64,000 nt of DNA, from sequence record MZ443771.1. One strand, 5' to 3'. The notes under the pieces are model-generated. The model was not told the origin of the DNA. It saw nothing but the letters and a program-made list of their open reading frames with translations, and did no database searches. How positions within the stretch are numbered: position 1 is the stretch's first letter; each line of letters begins with the position of its first letter. This document shows positions 55,656 to 63,613 of this stretch, in pieces. Made by a program: the position numbers and the translations under genes.

Positions 55656-56346
55656 CATGAAACTCTCGCCAACTATGTTGAAACGCAGCAAGCTAAACCC
55701 TGATGTGTTTGCGCTTGTTCGTGAAGGTGAAGTGCTGTCCTCATTCAAACCGAGCAAGCTCTTTGCGGCGCTCAATGCCGTTGTTAAAGACAGCGGGCTG
55801 AAAGAAGTCGATATCGTGTGGCGTGACGGTACGCGCACTGTAGAACATCTCATTGTTCACCACACGCGCAAGCTAGTATCGACTGACACAATCATGAACT
55901 ACTACAACGTGTGCCTGATGCTTCGCGCTCAAGGCGCTGCTGCTAGTCTGTCTACGCCTGTAGACATTCGTACTATGTTTGATTCGAACGGGCCTCTGAT
56001 TAGCGAGATTCACATTGACCCTGAAATCGTCGATAAGCTGGTGGACGCACTTACACCCAAGCATCCTATGTTTGATGATGCGCATGGCATCTGCGAAGAA
56101 GACGATGACATGTTCGACGACGATGACGATTACGACCCTGATGACTTCGACGATGAAGACGATCTCTCCGAAGATATCTCACCAGAAGAAGATCGTCTGA
56201 GCATTAGCGCTTGGGGATATCGCGCCGAAGACTGGACGACTACTCTGACGGACGACGATATTCAGGAAGTGCATAGCCTCGAAGTGGGTGTTGACCCTGA
56301 CATTGAATTGCCACTCGCACCTGACGCGAAGGACAAATACTTCTAA
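55648..56346 (+). CDS. Hypothetical protein with very acidic C-terminal half
   Basis: 232 aa ORF. Confidence 0.75.
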   Translation: MNNMKLSPTMLKRSKLNPDVFALVREGEVLSSFKPSKLFAALNAVVKDSGLKEVDIVWRDGTRTVEHLIVHHTRKLVSTDTIMNYYNVCLMLRAQGAAASLSTPVDIRTMFDSNGPLISEIHIDPEIVDKLVDALTPKHPMFDDAHGICEEDDDMFDDDDDYDPDDFDDEDDLSEDISPEEDRLSISAWGYRAEDWTTTLTDDDIQEVHSLEVGVDPDIELPLAPDAKDKYF

Positions 56347-56537
56347 TGAAAAGCACTAACGAACTGGTCAAAGAATTGAAGCAACGCGGCGAGCTTATTA
56401 TTGACGAGCGAAACAAAGACATGCTGCCTGATTTGACATTCACGCTTGATTGCATGTGTATCACCTACAAGAAGCGGGAAGTAGAAACAACTAAGCGCGG
56501 CCGCGTTGTCAGAATCAAACTGACCAGTATTCACTGA
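56346..56537 (+). CDS. Small hypothetical protein
   Basis: 63 aa, TAATG coupling. Confidence 0.65.
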   Translation: MKSTNELVKELKQRGELIIDERNKDMLPDLTFTLDCMCITYKKREVETTKRGRVVRIKLTSIH

Positions 56538-56547
56538 TGTTCTCTTT

Positions 56548-56622
56548 GGCCCGACTGCCCAGCGATGCTCATCCCCCAGAAGAGGTGCCTCGCGCAGAGG
56601 CATGGCAGTTCGGGTCCTTTTT
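56548..56622 (+). other. Branched intergenic RNA structure ending in a U-tract (complex terminator or structured RNA)
   Basis: GGCCCGACTGCC pairs with GGCAGTTCGGGTCC, enclosing a TGCCTC/GAGGCA hairpin; T5 follows. Confidence 0.45.
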
Positions 56623-56676
56623 GAAGCGCACTTGCGAGTACGCTGCATAAAGTAAAAACAAACAGGAGGCTGTTGA

Positions 56677-57138
56677 ATGAAATTCACCGAAGTAAGTAAA
56701 GATGCACAGGTCATTCTCATGGGTTCCGCACTTGCGGGAGTTATCGAAGTGTTTGGCCGCGATGCCGATGACGGCGGGCGCAAGCTGCTGATTACTGCAT
56801 TGAATCAGATTGGCCTGACGCCTGACGAGTTCAAGGCTCTGATCAACAACATGACAATTTCAGTCAGGGCAGAAGTTGGTGCAGTGCGTGTGCTCGAAGC
56901 AGATCCGGACGATGACTTCGAAGAAGACGCCGAAGACTTCGGTGCCTGTGCTGAGTGCGATCGTCCAGTAGAAGATTGCGTGTGTGACGATGAAGACGAC
57001 GACCTCGATACGTCAGAGCAACGTCCAGGCAATCTGAACGATGACGGTCGGACAGACGAAAATGGCTGGCAGAATCTCGATGAAGATGCCGTCTGCCGTG
57101 TATGCCACCAACAAGTGTGTGAGTGCCGAGGCTACTGA
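56677..57138 (+). CDS. Acidic protein with two Cys clusters (CAEC...CVC; CRVC...CEC)
   Basis: 153 aa, AGGAGG RBS. Confidence 0.75.
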   Translation: MKFTEVSKDAQVILMGSALAGVIEVFGRDADDGGRKLLITALNQIGLTPDEFKALINNMTISVRAEVGAVRVLEADPDDDFEEDAEDFGACAECDRPVEDCVCDDEDDDLDTSEQRPGNLNDDGRTDENGWQNLDEDAVCRVCHQQVCECRGY

Positions 57139-57350
57139 TGAGCAGACCGACACAAGACGAAATCAATGGTCAGATAGCTGCCTCCGAAGAGCAACGCTAT
57201 AACGAGCAGATCGCTCAATACGATGACTGGACAGACGACGAGCTGGCTGATGCTGTAGAAGCAAACGAGCTTGTGGGTGAAGACGAAGACGCAAGCGACT
57301 ACAGCCGCGAAGCGCTGATTCGAATGCTGCTGGCGGATCGACGATTCTAA
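57138..57350 (+). CDS. Acidic microprotein with HeH-like module
   Basis: YDDWTDDELADAVEANEL...SREALIRMLL. Confidence 0.65.
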   Translation: MSRPTQDEINGQIAASEEQRYNEQIAQYDDWTDDELADAVEANELVGEDEDASDYSREALIRMLLADRRF

Positions 57351-57403
57351 GCAAAAATCTGGACAAAATGAGGGTTGTCTCAAAACAGCGCCCCTGATAC
57401 AAT
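57351..57403 (+). promoter_or_regulatory. Early promoter copy 7
   Basis: GCAAAAATCTGGACAAAATGAGGG-TTGTCT-17-TACAAT with TG. Confidence 0.8.
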
Positions 57404-57409
57404 ATAAAG

Positions 57410-57600
57410 ACAGCGAGACATGTTCTCTCTGTTATGTGCCTATAACGTTTTGACCGTGTGTTTATCTTTTCCCGGGCACACGGTCCTTTTTAAAGTCGCT
57501 TCGATGAGGCTGCTTTAAAAAGGGTTCAATACCCTTTGAGCGCACCGGGCTTTACGCGGTTTCCGCCTTGTGTGCTCTCATGCTAAACCGCAAAGGAAAT
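57410..57600 (+). other. About 190-nt structured leader or candidate small RNA
   Basis: Four stem-loops between promoter copy 7 and ATG 57605; the first ends in a T-run. Confidence 0.45.
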
Positions 57601-57604
57601 AGAT

Positions 57605-58417
57605 ATGCCAAACTTACGTGCTAAACCAGAAGACAAATTCTCTAAAGCTCGTTCTGCGAAGAACTCACCTGAACGTCAGGCTGCTGCTGAGAAGAAACGC
57701 ACAACCCCACGCGGTCCGTCTTCTGCTAAACCTCGTCAGTTGCCGCCGGGCTATGGCTATAAGTCAAAAGCTACAGGCGAACGTGCGCCAGAGCGTGACG
57801 ATAAAGAGTCCCAGAAACCTGATTTGAGTAAGAAAGACTGGGTTGCTCGTCGTGACGCAACGCCGAAGATGCGTGATGAAGAACGTGTATTCAATCTCGT
57901 TCACGCAATTCTGGCTGCATGGAAAGCGGATATCGGACACGCCGAACATACGGCAGCATCTTCTGGTATCATCAAAGTGTCTCGTCGTAAAGTTGAAGGC
58001 GCATTGCGCGATCTCAAGAATACGCGCTTCACTAAAATCCCAACGCTCATCAATGAAATTCTGACACACTCTGATGTGTGTGAGGAATTCGGGATGTGGG
58101 TGTACGTCGAGCACGACACGCCGGATTGGATCTTCGTGCGTCTGCCTGAAGACAGCACGCCTGTGCTTCGCGCTGATATCGTCTACGACCGCACAGGTCA
58201 AACTGCTACGACGATCACGACTTCGAGTGAACCGCTGCTTGAAGTCTTAGGGGAAGACGACGAGCCAGAAATGCTCGAATGCAATGAGCGCGATATTGAA
58301 GACCTTGAAACTAAGGCAATGCGCAAAGAGCTGATCGACAAGGGCATCATCAAGCCAGAAGCTGCTGATAAGCTGAGTCGACCGGATCTGATGAAGCTGT
58401 TAGCGTACTACGCATAA
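57605..58417 (+). CDS. Protein with basic disordered N-terminus and C-terminal HeH-like module
   Basis: IEDLETKAMRKELIDKGI...SRPDLMKLL. Confidence 0.7.
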   Translation: MPNLRAKPEDKFSKARSAKNSPERQAAAEKKRTTPRGPSSAKPRQLPPGYGYKSKATGERAPERDDKESQKPDLSKKDWVARRDATPKMRDEERVFNLVHAILAAWKADIGHAEHTAASSGIIKVSRRKVEGALRDLKNTRFTKIPTLINEILTHSDVCEEFGMWVYVEHDTPDWIFVRLPEDSTPVLRADIVYDRTGQTATTITTSSEPLLEVLGEDDEPEMLECNERDIEDLETKAMRKELIDKGIIKPEAADKLSRPDLMKLLAYYA

Positions 58418-58458
58418 GCAATAACGAGCAGGGCGCTGAAATATAGCTGCCCTGCTAT

Positions 58459-58523
58459 CTGCGAAGTATGCAGAAAACTGGACAAAATCGTGGTTGTTAT
58501 CTGACAGCCACCTATGCTACAAT
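58459..58523 (+). promoter_or_regulatory. Early promoter copy 8
   Basis: CTGCGAAGTATGCAGAAAACTGGACAAAATC, TTGTTA-18-TACAAT with TG. Confidence 0.75.
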
Positions 58524-58583
58524 ATATGCAGACGCAGTGAGCGTCGAAATCAAACTAAACAACAATACTGAGGAGTATTTATC

Positions 58584-60185
58584 ATGGCACGTATCGAAAC
58601 TAACTCTAACCTGGTTGGCAAAACTATCATCCTGCTGAACGGCACCAAATCTAAAATCGAAGATGCTATCGCGTCCGGTTACAAGGTGAAAGGTCAGAGC
58701 AAACGTATCGCAACCCGCTGCGTTATCAAAGAGGGTTCTCACTTCCGTGAGATCGAGCGCATGAATCTGAGCCAGCTTGAAGATACCGGCGAAGGTTACG
58801 TCAAGCTGAAAGAAGCGAAAGCGTCCGGCAAGAAAACTGCCGGTAAGAAAGAAGCTGCAACGCCGAAAGCGTCCGGCAAGAAAACTTCTGGTAAGAAAGA
58901 TGCGAAACCGTCGAAAGACAAAGAACCTAAAGTTCGTCGCAAATCTTCCGAAGAGCAGTCCGAAGATTATCAGAATCTGGCACACGCTATCATCAAAGGC
59001 GGCAAAGCTAAACCTGCAGTTGAAATCGAAACTGTTGACGAAGCGCTGACCGATACTGTGGCAAAACGTATCGCCGATATCGTGCTTAACACTGACGTTG
59101 CGAAAGTGTGCGCTGATAACAAAACGCCGATCGCAAACGCCCTGGATGTTACTTACGGCGCCGAGTATGCTGCTGATGGTAACGTCATGCAGATCACTCT
59201 GAACCTGCAATACGCGAAGCCTGTCAAAGTGCTTGCTCGCCCTACGCTCGAAAATGCAGAAGCTATCGCAATGCGAGCGCAGAAAATGATCGCGCCTAAG
59301 CTGTCTAAGAAGCTGGCGAAAGCGATTCGTGAAGCGTTCAATATCGAAGACGCAGACGAGCTGGAAGCAGGTACTATGCTGCTGAAAGACGGCGAAGAGT
59401 TTGTCTTCTACGGCGAATCTGCGAAGCACCTCGGCAAAGCGCTGCTGTATGTCGTAGCTACCGACAAGTTCAAATCTGTCCTTGGCTCTACGCTGGGTGA
59501 GTACGAAATCCCAGACGCAGAAGAAGAAAACGACGACGAGGAAGAAGTCGAAGAAGAGGAAGAAGAAGAGGTCGAAGAGGAAGAGGAAGAAGAAGACGGC
59601 GAAGAAGATAGTGAAGAAGACGGCGAAGAAGAAGATGCCGCCGAGTACGAATACGTCAAAGTCACTAAAGACCATATCAGCATGGTTAACAAGAAAGTGA
59701 CCGCGAAGTATCACGCCGCGCTGGCTGAACGCTTCAACACTACCGAAGAAGTTCTCGTCCCTGGCCTCGTATTGACTGACGGCGACACAACGTTCGCGTA
59801 CCTTGGCTGTGATAGCAAAGGCGGCCTGCTCGTTATCGACGTAGAAGCTGAGGCAGATGATGAAGATGTTCTGCTGTATAGCAAAGCGGATATCAAAACG
59901 CTGAACGACTTCAACCCTGTGATCGATAGCGGCCTCGTTTCTGACGACGAAGAAGAAGACGGTGAAGAAGATACCGAAGACTTCGAAGACGGTAACGACG
60001 ATGAAGAAGAAGAAGAAGACGGCGAAGACGAAGAAGAGAGCTTCGAATTTGACGACGAAGAATCTGTTGACCTCGAAGATCTGTCTGACGACGAACTGCG
60101 TGAACGTGCCGTTGAGCTGGGTCTGACTACACCGCGCAAATCTGAAAACATGACCGGCGCACAACTGCGCAAGCTGCTGAAATAA
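58584..60185 (+). CDS. Multidomain protein with K-rich linker, duplicated domain, long acidic tracts and C-terminal HeH
   Basis: 533 aa, GAGGAG RBS; paralogue of 60267-61505. Confidence 0.8.
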   Translation: MARIETNSNLVGKTIILLNGTKSKIEDAIASGYKVKGQSKRIATRCVIKEGSHFREIERMNLSQLEDTGEGYVKLKEAKASGKKTAGKKEAATPKASGKKTSGKKDAKPSKDKEPKVRRKSSEEQSEDYQNLAHAIIKGGKAKPAVEIETVDEALTDTVAKRIADIVLNTDVAKVCADNKTPIANALDVTYGAEYAADGNVMQITLNLQYAKPVKVLARPTLENAEAIAMRAQKMIAPKLSKKLAKAIREAFNIEDADELEAGTMLLKDGEEFVFYGESAKHLGKALLYVVATDKFKSVLGSTLGEYEIPDAEEENDDEEEVEEEEEEEVEEEEEEEDGEEDSEEDGEEEDAAEYEYVKVTKDHISMVNKKVTAKYHAALAERFNTTEEVLVPGLVLTDGDTTFAYLGCDSKGGLLVIDVEAEADDEDVLLYSKADIKTLNDFNPVIDSGLVSDDEEEDGEEDTEDFEDGNDDEEEEEDGEDEEESFEFDDEESVDLEDLSDDELRERAVELGLTTPRKSENMTGAQLRKLLK

Positions 60186-60190
60186 TCTCG

Positions 60191-60199
60191 CTGTAAACT
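60191..60199 (+). promoter_or_regulatory. CTGTAAACT, variant of the CTGTAAAYA box
   Basis: Intergenic, 8/9 match. Confidence 0.4.
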
Positions 60200-60266
60200 G
60201 AACGACTGTGCGGTTCAAATCGAGCCGCACATTTATTGACAACTAAGCTGATTGAGGAATCACACT

Positions 60267-61505
60267 ATGTCAAACGCAAACAAAAATCTGCTGAATGCCC
60301 GTGTTCGTCGTCTGGACGGTACTACCACTTACATCAACAAAGTGAACGCTAACGGTTATAGCACCGACGCGAAGGGCCCTCAAATCCCTGTGAAACGCAT
60401 CGTGCTCGCGGGCAAAACGCTGAAAGAGATTGAAGCGCCCTACGCGAAAACTGAGCACGTTCTGATTGACGGCATCACTGTGAAGCTGAACAAGCGCCAG
60501 CAAAAAGATCTGCGCAACGATGAAATCGACGTTGACACGATCAAGCCTGATTTTAGTTCTCTGGTGTACATCGACCCGGAAACAGGCAAGCCTGCTGTAG
60601 CGAAAGCTACGAAGCCGAAAGGCGGTGTGAAAGCGACGCGCGAGCGCAACAAAGACACGCGCTCTAAGAAAGAGCGTAAAGCAGAAGCAGACGCGTCGAG
60701 TGCTGACCTCGATATGATCCCACGCTCTGATGCGATTGACCGCAAAGCAGAGCTGGTGCAAATGATCGACGCGACAATCGCCGACGCAACGACGAAAGAT
60801 CGTCGCAAGATGTTGAGCGAAGCGTTTGACATGGACTGGAAAGATGTTAAGCATCACGGTGGCAAGGGTGTTGTCAAGCACATGGGACGCAAGGCAGCAC
60901 AACGCGCCTGTGATAAGCTGCGCGTAGCAACTACCAGCGATGCGTATATTAAGCAGATGCCCATCGAGCTTAAACGTCTTATTCAAGACGGTAAGCTGAC
61001 GCTCAACAAGAAACAGATTGAGCGTGTGTTAGACGTGTTTGGGCTTGATATGCAGTTCTATGCAACTGCGATGCAGACGCTGCTGGGTAATCTCAAGCTG
61101 TCGCTCGATAAATCTATCGAGAACCCGAAAGTGAAAGAGAAGAAAGCGAAACACAAACTCGCTGTGCCGACCTACGCGTCTGAGAAAGAACAGACCAAGC
61201 GTGTGCGCAAGATGACTGTAAAACTCATCAAGCCGCCGAAGTCTGCAATGGCAGAGGCGAAAGCGCACATCAAAGAGTCGAAAGCGACTATCGCCAAGAA
61301 GCTGGGCATCAAGCCTGCTGACGTGAAGCGTGGTCTGCTGTGTTATAAACCGAACGGCGTTGAGCTGATGTTCGTAGCTTGCGACATGACCGGCCCTGTC
61401 TTCGTTGAGAAAGACGGTAGCGAGTGCGTAATGTCACACGCGAACGTGAAGCACACTTTCAACCTGACGCTGGGCACTAACTCTGAACTGGACGCGGCTG
61501 TATGA
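60267..61505 (+). CDS. Basic multidomain protein, paralogue of 58584-60185
   Basis: ATG 60267 with GAGGA RBS; shared N- and C-terminal domains. Confidence 0.8.
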   Translation: MSNANKNLLNARVRRLDGTTTYINKVNANGYSTDAKGPQIPVKRIVLAGKTLKEIEAPYAKTEHVLIDGITVKLNKRQQKDLRNDEIDVDTIKPDFSSLVYIDPETGKPAVAKATKPKGGVKATRERNKDTRSKKERKAEADASSADLDMIPRSDAIDRKAELVQMIDATIADATTKDRRKMLSEAFDMDWKDVKHHGGKGVVKHMGRKAAQRACDKLRVATTSDAYIKQMPIELKRLIQDGKLTLNKKQIERVLDVFGLDMQFYATAMQTLLGNLKLSLDKSIENPKVKEKKAKHKLAVPTYASEKEQTKRVRKMTVKLIKPPKSAMAEAKAHIKESKATIAKKLGIKPADVKRGLLCYKPNGVELMFVACDMTGPVFVEKDGSECVMSHANVKHTFNLTLGTNSELDAAV

Positions 61506-61885
61506 CGAACAACGAGATTATCCTGACAGGTGTATTTGCTCAATTGTACTCGCGGCTGACTACAGCCGCTGTACTTGAAACGTATGTGTACTATTCTGAT
61601 TTGGCCCCTGTAGTGTTTGGTGTGCAACTGTCCACCGTGAGCAATTCGCAGTACAACGCCTTGTGGGAACTCGTTGCGAAAACAATGCGCGTCGATATCG
61701 CAGCGGGCAGACCACCGCTTGCTGCGTTGTACGTGTCTCGCGCAACTGACGAGAAGACACCGAGCAAAAAGTTCTTCAAAGAATACTACAAACTCACGGG
61801 CGTACATCTGTCTGAGACAGACTGGCGAGCACTCGTTGAACATGTGTGGAAATCTTATGCACCAGATCTTCGGGAGCCATCATGA
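61502..61885 (+). CDS. Hypothetical protein (GRPPLAALYV...PSKKFF motif, possibly DNA-binding)
   Basis: 127 aa, ATGA overlap. Confidence 0.65.
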   Translation: MTNNEIILTGVFAQLYSRLTTAAVLETYVYYSDLAPVVFGVQLSTVSNSQYNALWELVAKTMRVDIAAGRPPLAALYVSRATDEKTPSKKFFKEYYKLTGVHLSETDWRALVEHVWKSYAPDLREPS

Positions 61886-62343
61886 AAAAGGCCAAAGTTG
61901 TAATTAGTCGCGGTGGCTATAGACCGTCATCGCAAGAAGAATCTCAAAAGCTGGTCGCTGAGTTTCTTCTCGGTAATATCGGAATCAACCCTACTGTTAT
62001 CAGCCAGCAAATGTTGCTCAACATTGCGAACTATAACTACCTGACGTCTATCGTAGACACGGGCAAAGCTACGCAAGCGAACCAGAGCACATTGCATAAA
62101 ACTGTAAAAGAACTTAATGCGTTCTGTAGATCGCACAAAATTCCTCTGGGTTTGCTAATTATGCCCCATACTTCGACCAGCGATTATGCCGGTGATGAGG
62201 TGGTAGCGATTCCTTGGGAGCATGTGCGCTCGAACACATTGAGCCAGTCGGCCATCGAATCTCTGTTTGAAACAGTTGAAGCTGATGGTTACCCGCAGTT
62301 TGTGACTGATGCGAAGACAGTAGAGGGATACAATGTTTTATGA
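61882..62343 (+). CDS. Hypothetical protein
   Basis: ATG 61882 with GGGAG RBS. Confidence 0.7.
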   Translation: MKKAKVVISRGGYRPSSQEESQKLVAEFLLGNIGINPTVISQQMLLNIANYNYLTSIVDTGKATQANQSTLHKTVKELNAFCRSHKIPLGLLIMPHTSTSDYAGDEVVAIPWEHVRSNTLSQSAIESLFETVEADGYPQFVTDAKTVEGYNVL

Positions 62344-63613
62344 TCACGTATTCAACCACGACGAGAAGCAATTGCTTTTGAAGGTGGCTGAGTCTAAATA
62401 TCTGGTGCGGCTAGACTGCCCCGACTATTTGAAGAAGTCGAAACACGCGATTGAGATCAGACATACTGTGACCAACCGTGGCGAGCAACGTCGAAGCGGT
62501 ACGATAACAACCGCATTCGTACCGCGCATTCATTCTGCGACTGTGCAGCGACTGGTACGTGAAGTGCGAGACAGCCAAAGCAAAAGCGCGTCTGAGGGAC
62601 TCGCTGCGTTATTCGAGTTAGGCCTGGGTGTGCCGAAGCAACGTGATATCGCAACGTACCTGCGCGACTACTCGCGTGAGAACGATAAGAAGGGTGTGGG
62701 TATCAAGTATATCCGCAAACTGATTAATGAGTATCACCGCAAGCACCGTCATAGTTTTGCTGGCAGTCGCTGGTTGATGCCCGCTGCGTATACAGCGAAC
62801 ATGCTCAACATGCAGTCGTTCATTCATCTGAAAGAGAACGGTTACTCGAAGAAAGTCAAAGTACCTGACGGCGTTCCTGTGATCTTCATCTATCAGAACA
62901 CGAACCACGAGAATGCAACGTACAGCATGTGTGACGCATTCGTGATTAGCCCGCTCGGTTACCCGATGCCGTTCGCTCAAATCGCGTTGCGCCCTGAGTT
63001 CAAAGCTGCGCCGAAAGAGTTCAGCTCGAAAGCGTTTCGTGGTAAGAGCATGTACGCTATGGTAATGGGTGTGCTGCACTGGGAGAAGGGCGATGCGCTC
63101 GATAACTTCCGTGAGCTGGTGGAGATTGACGACGAGCCGTATCTGACGTTGCTTAGTGATGAACGTTATGCTGATCGTCGTTCGCCTGAGTATCAAGCTC
63201 TACTGGACGAACGTGCTGCGATGAATGCGAAGCGCCAGAAGTGGAGTGACGTGATTGCGAAGTATGGCAACACGACACGCACACTCAAGCCAGAACAGGC
63301 TGAGCGTCTGGCAAAAGCCGAAGCGTTCTTCATTAAGCGCAAAGAGTTCTTGGACGCTTTCGACAAGTTCGAAAAGAAAGAGAACAGCAAAGCCGCCCGT
63401 AAGTTTGCTGCCGCATCTGCATCGTTCGCTGCTGTTGATTGTGGTGTTGTGATTGACCGAACAACGTATCGCTCTGTGTCGTCAGGCTTGGATGTTGTGA
63501 ACAAGATTCTCACTCGCTGGGGATTCACGACAATCAACACTGTCGATAGTAGTCAGAAGAAATCCATTTTAACCTATGACCTGAAAAATGCAAGTCGCAT
63601 TTGGTCTCTGTAA
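62333..63613 (+). CDS. Hypothetical protein
   Basis: 426 aa ORF. Confidence 0.8.
   Translation: MFYDHVFNHDEKQLLLKVAESKYLVRLDCPDYLKKSKHAIEIRHTVTNRGEQRRSGTITTAFVPRIHSATVQRLVREVRDSQSKSASEGLAALFELGLGVPKQRDIATYLRDYSRENDKKGVGIKYIRKLINEYHRKHRHSFAGSRWLMPAAYTANMLNMQSFIHLKENGYSKKVKVPDGVPVIFIYQNTNHENATYSMCDAFVISPLGYPMPFAQIALRPEFKAAPKEFSSKAFRGKSMYAMVMGVLHWEKGDALDNFRELVEIDDEPYLTLLSDERYADRRSPEYQALLDERAAMNAKRQKWSDVIAKYGNTTRTLKPEQAERLAKAEAFFIKRKEFLDAFDKFEKKENSKAARKFAAASASFAAVDCGVVIDRTTYRSVSSGLDVVNKILTRWGFTTINTVDSSQKKSILTYDLKNASRIWSL

Noticed and set aside
56534-56580. CTGATG...GAAA as a hammerhead ribozyme core
   Set aside because: The core CUGAUGA is incomplete and the flanking stems do not fit hammerhead topology.
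57474-57547. tRNA-like element (GGGTTCAATACCC T-arm mimic followed by ...GCGCACC)
   Set aside because: Only 5 of 7 acceptor pairs form, and there is no D-arm or 7-nt anticodon loop; kept only as part of the structured leader.
23051-58523. Repeated ~20-35 nt sequence considered as a CRISPR repeat, with the Cas4-like gene as a cas locus
   Set aside because: Copies are dispersed over 35 kb rather than regularly spaced with spacers; each precedes a -10 box; no cas1/cas2 or effector genes.
58512-60242. 576-aa minus-strand ORF (similar cases: 16289-17743, 3824-4510, 15285-15755)
   Set aside because: Antisense shadows of strongly codon-biased or low-complexity + strand genes; F/V/S-rich nonsense composition, no RBS or promoter.
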